From positions 374,212-398,211 of the forward strand of contig NZ_JAULRT010000060.1 of the NCBI RefSeq assembly GCF_030518215.1: 24,000 nt of DNA, read 5' to 3'. Made by a program: the position numbers and the translations under genes. Below the pieces are notes generated by a model. It made no database searches and was not told the origin of the DNA. It was given only the letters and a program-made list of their open reading frames with translations. The stretch is from Gilvimarinus algae (GTDB taxonomy: Bacteria > Pseudomonadota > Gammaproteobacteria > Pseudomonadales > Cellvibrionaceae). Shown one piece after another: positions 23,143-24,000 of the stretch (position 1 is the stretch's first letter; each line of letters starts with the position of its first letter).

Positions 23143-24000
23143 TTACCAGCCGAGGTCGGGCTCGCGGTAGTACTCAATGCCCAGGGCATCGAGCTGAGCG
23201 CGCAGCGCCGACAAGCGCGCGACAAACTCAGCGTAGTCGCGATCCTCGGCGCGGCTCCAGCCCAGTTCGGCGGTGCTTGCTAAACGCGGCCAGAGGCGGT
23301 TGTCGGCGACCGCGTTGGTGTGTACCAGCTCCGACCACATGGCCGATTCAACGCCGACGGTTGCGCCGAAGGCGCTGGGGTCGAGGCTGTAGGCCCGCGC
23401 CAGGGGCACGCCCTCTTTGCGACACCAGTCGTAGGTGTTGGGCTGGCCGGCGTAGTTGCCGTGATCAAAGTAGGTATAGGAGCAGGGCGAGACGATCAGT
23501 TGATGGCCGCGATCCAGCGCCGGCTGGATATCGTACTGGTCGTTCCATAATTGCAGCAGAACATCGGGATCATTGTCCGCCACCGAGCCCTCTTCCCAGG
23601 CAATGGCGGTGCGACCCAGATCAGCAACAATGCGTGTGGCTCGGCCGATGAACTCACCGTAAAGCGGGTCTTTGATTTCGTCGCCACCGATGTGGATGTA
23701 CTCTGACGGAAACAACTCGACCAGCTCGCTCAACACATTCTCTACCCAGGGGTAGATCACCTCGGGTTTTGTCAGGCACAGTTTGCTGAAACCCACCTCC
23801 AGACCCGAATAGGTGTTGAGGTTGGTGACATCGTCGCAGGCCAGTTCGTTGTAGGACGCAATGGCGGCCTGAGTGTGGCCGGGCAGATCGATTTCGGGCA
23901 CCAGGGTGACGTGACGCGCCTCGGCGTAGGTCACCAGCTCGCGAATTTGCTCCTGAGTGTAAAAACCCGCGCGGCCACCGGTGACGGCGCTGGCACCGCC
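23143..24000 (-). CDS. Glycoside hydrolase family 20 beta-N-acetylhexosaminidase, 5'-truncated by the window edge
   Basis: The frame stays open to position 24000; upstream of the listed Met it reads GGRAGFYTQEQIRELVTYAEARHVTLVPEIDLPGHTQAAI. The GH20 catalytic region is YIHIGGDE (Asp-Glu pair), and the later motifs are ESAMWSE and WPRLASTAELGWS. Confidence 0.9.
   Translation of the reverse strand, partial: GGASAVTGGRAGFYTQEQIRELVTYAEARHVTLVPEIDLPGHTQAAIASYNELACDDVTNLNTYSGLEVGFSKLCLTKPEVIYPWVENVLSELVELFPSEYIHIGGDEIKDPLYGEFIGRATRIVADLGRTAIAWEEGSVADNDPDVLLQLWNDQYDIQPALDRGHQLIVSPCSYTYFDHGNYAGQPNTYDWCRKEGVPLARAYSLDPSAFGATVGVESAMWSELVHTNAVADNRLWPRLASTAELGWSRAEDRDYAEFVARLSALRAQLDALGIEYYREPDLGW

Noticed and set aside
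23133-23651. A 172-aa plus-strand Arg-rich ORF, plus the ORFs at 23005-23283 and 23320-23550.
   Set aside because: They are antisense to the GH20 gene, which has unambiguous catalytic motifs. Extreme Arg/Pro content marks them as shadow ORFs.
1-24000. I searched by eye for CRISPR repeats, tRNA/rRNA, IS elements, integrases, toxin-antitoxin pairs and defence-system hallmark genes.
   Set aside because: I saw no repeat-spacer periodicity, no tRNA-like T-arm (GGTTCGAATCC-type) in intergenic DNA, no transposase/integrase/recombinase-like ORF and no terminal inverted repeats. Composition looks uniform across the window, so there is no evidence for a mobile or defence island.

Overview
This is a GC-rich, densely coded chromosomal window that looks like ordinary metabolic and transport DNA of a (probably marine) gammaproteobacterium. 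I support about 24 protein genes. By eye I found no rRNA, tRNA, CRISPR array, transposase, integrase or obvious defence genes.

Gene order, left to right:
- a class GN sortase at or over the left edge
- an orphan periplasmic binding protein
- a SulP anion permease plus a LysE exporter
- a padR + HAAS-type membrane partner operon with two abutting 21-bp palindromic operators, divergent from a lipoprotein cytochrome b562
- a long minus-strand nitrogen/molybdenum block: nasT, a regulated leader, nrtA-nrtB-nrtD, then modA-modB-modC
- a tightly overlapping four-gene exported/envelope cluster of poorly characterised proteins (transglutaminase-like/TPR lipoprotein, YafD-like EEP hydrolase, DUF5329-like protein, multi-pass membrane protein)
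- tspO
- a CBS-domain histidine kinase, a REC + degenerate-REC regulator and an AI-2E family transporter
- a DUF805 protein
- amt translationally coupled to an unrecognisable 218-aa protein instead of glnK
- a GH20 hexosaminidase running off the right edge

Most of this is ordinary. The items worth a second look are:
- the four-gene envelope cluster (12755-16120)
- the amt-coupled unknown gene (22455-23111)
- the sigma54 + ANTAR antiterminator/terminator leader of nrtA, which can be read directly from the sequence, together with a nasT that has no nasS neighbour
- the PadR operator architecture

All calls come from reading the translated ORFs and nucleotide motifs by eye. No database search or folding computation was possible.
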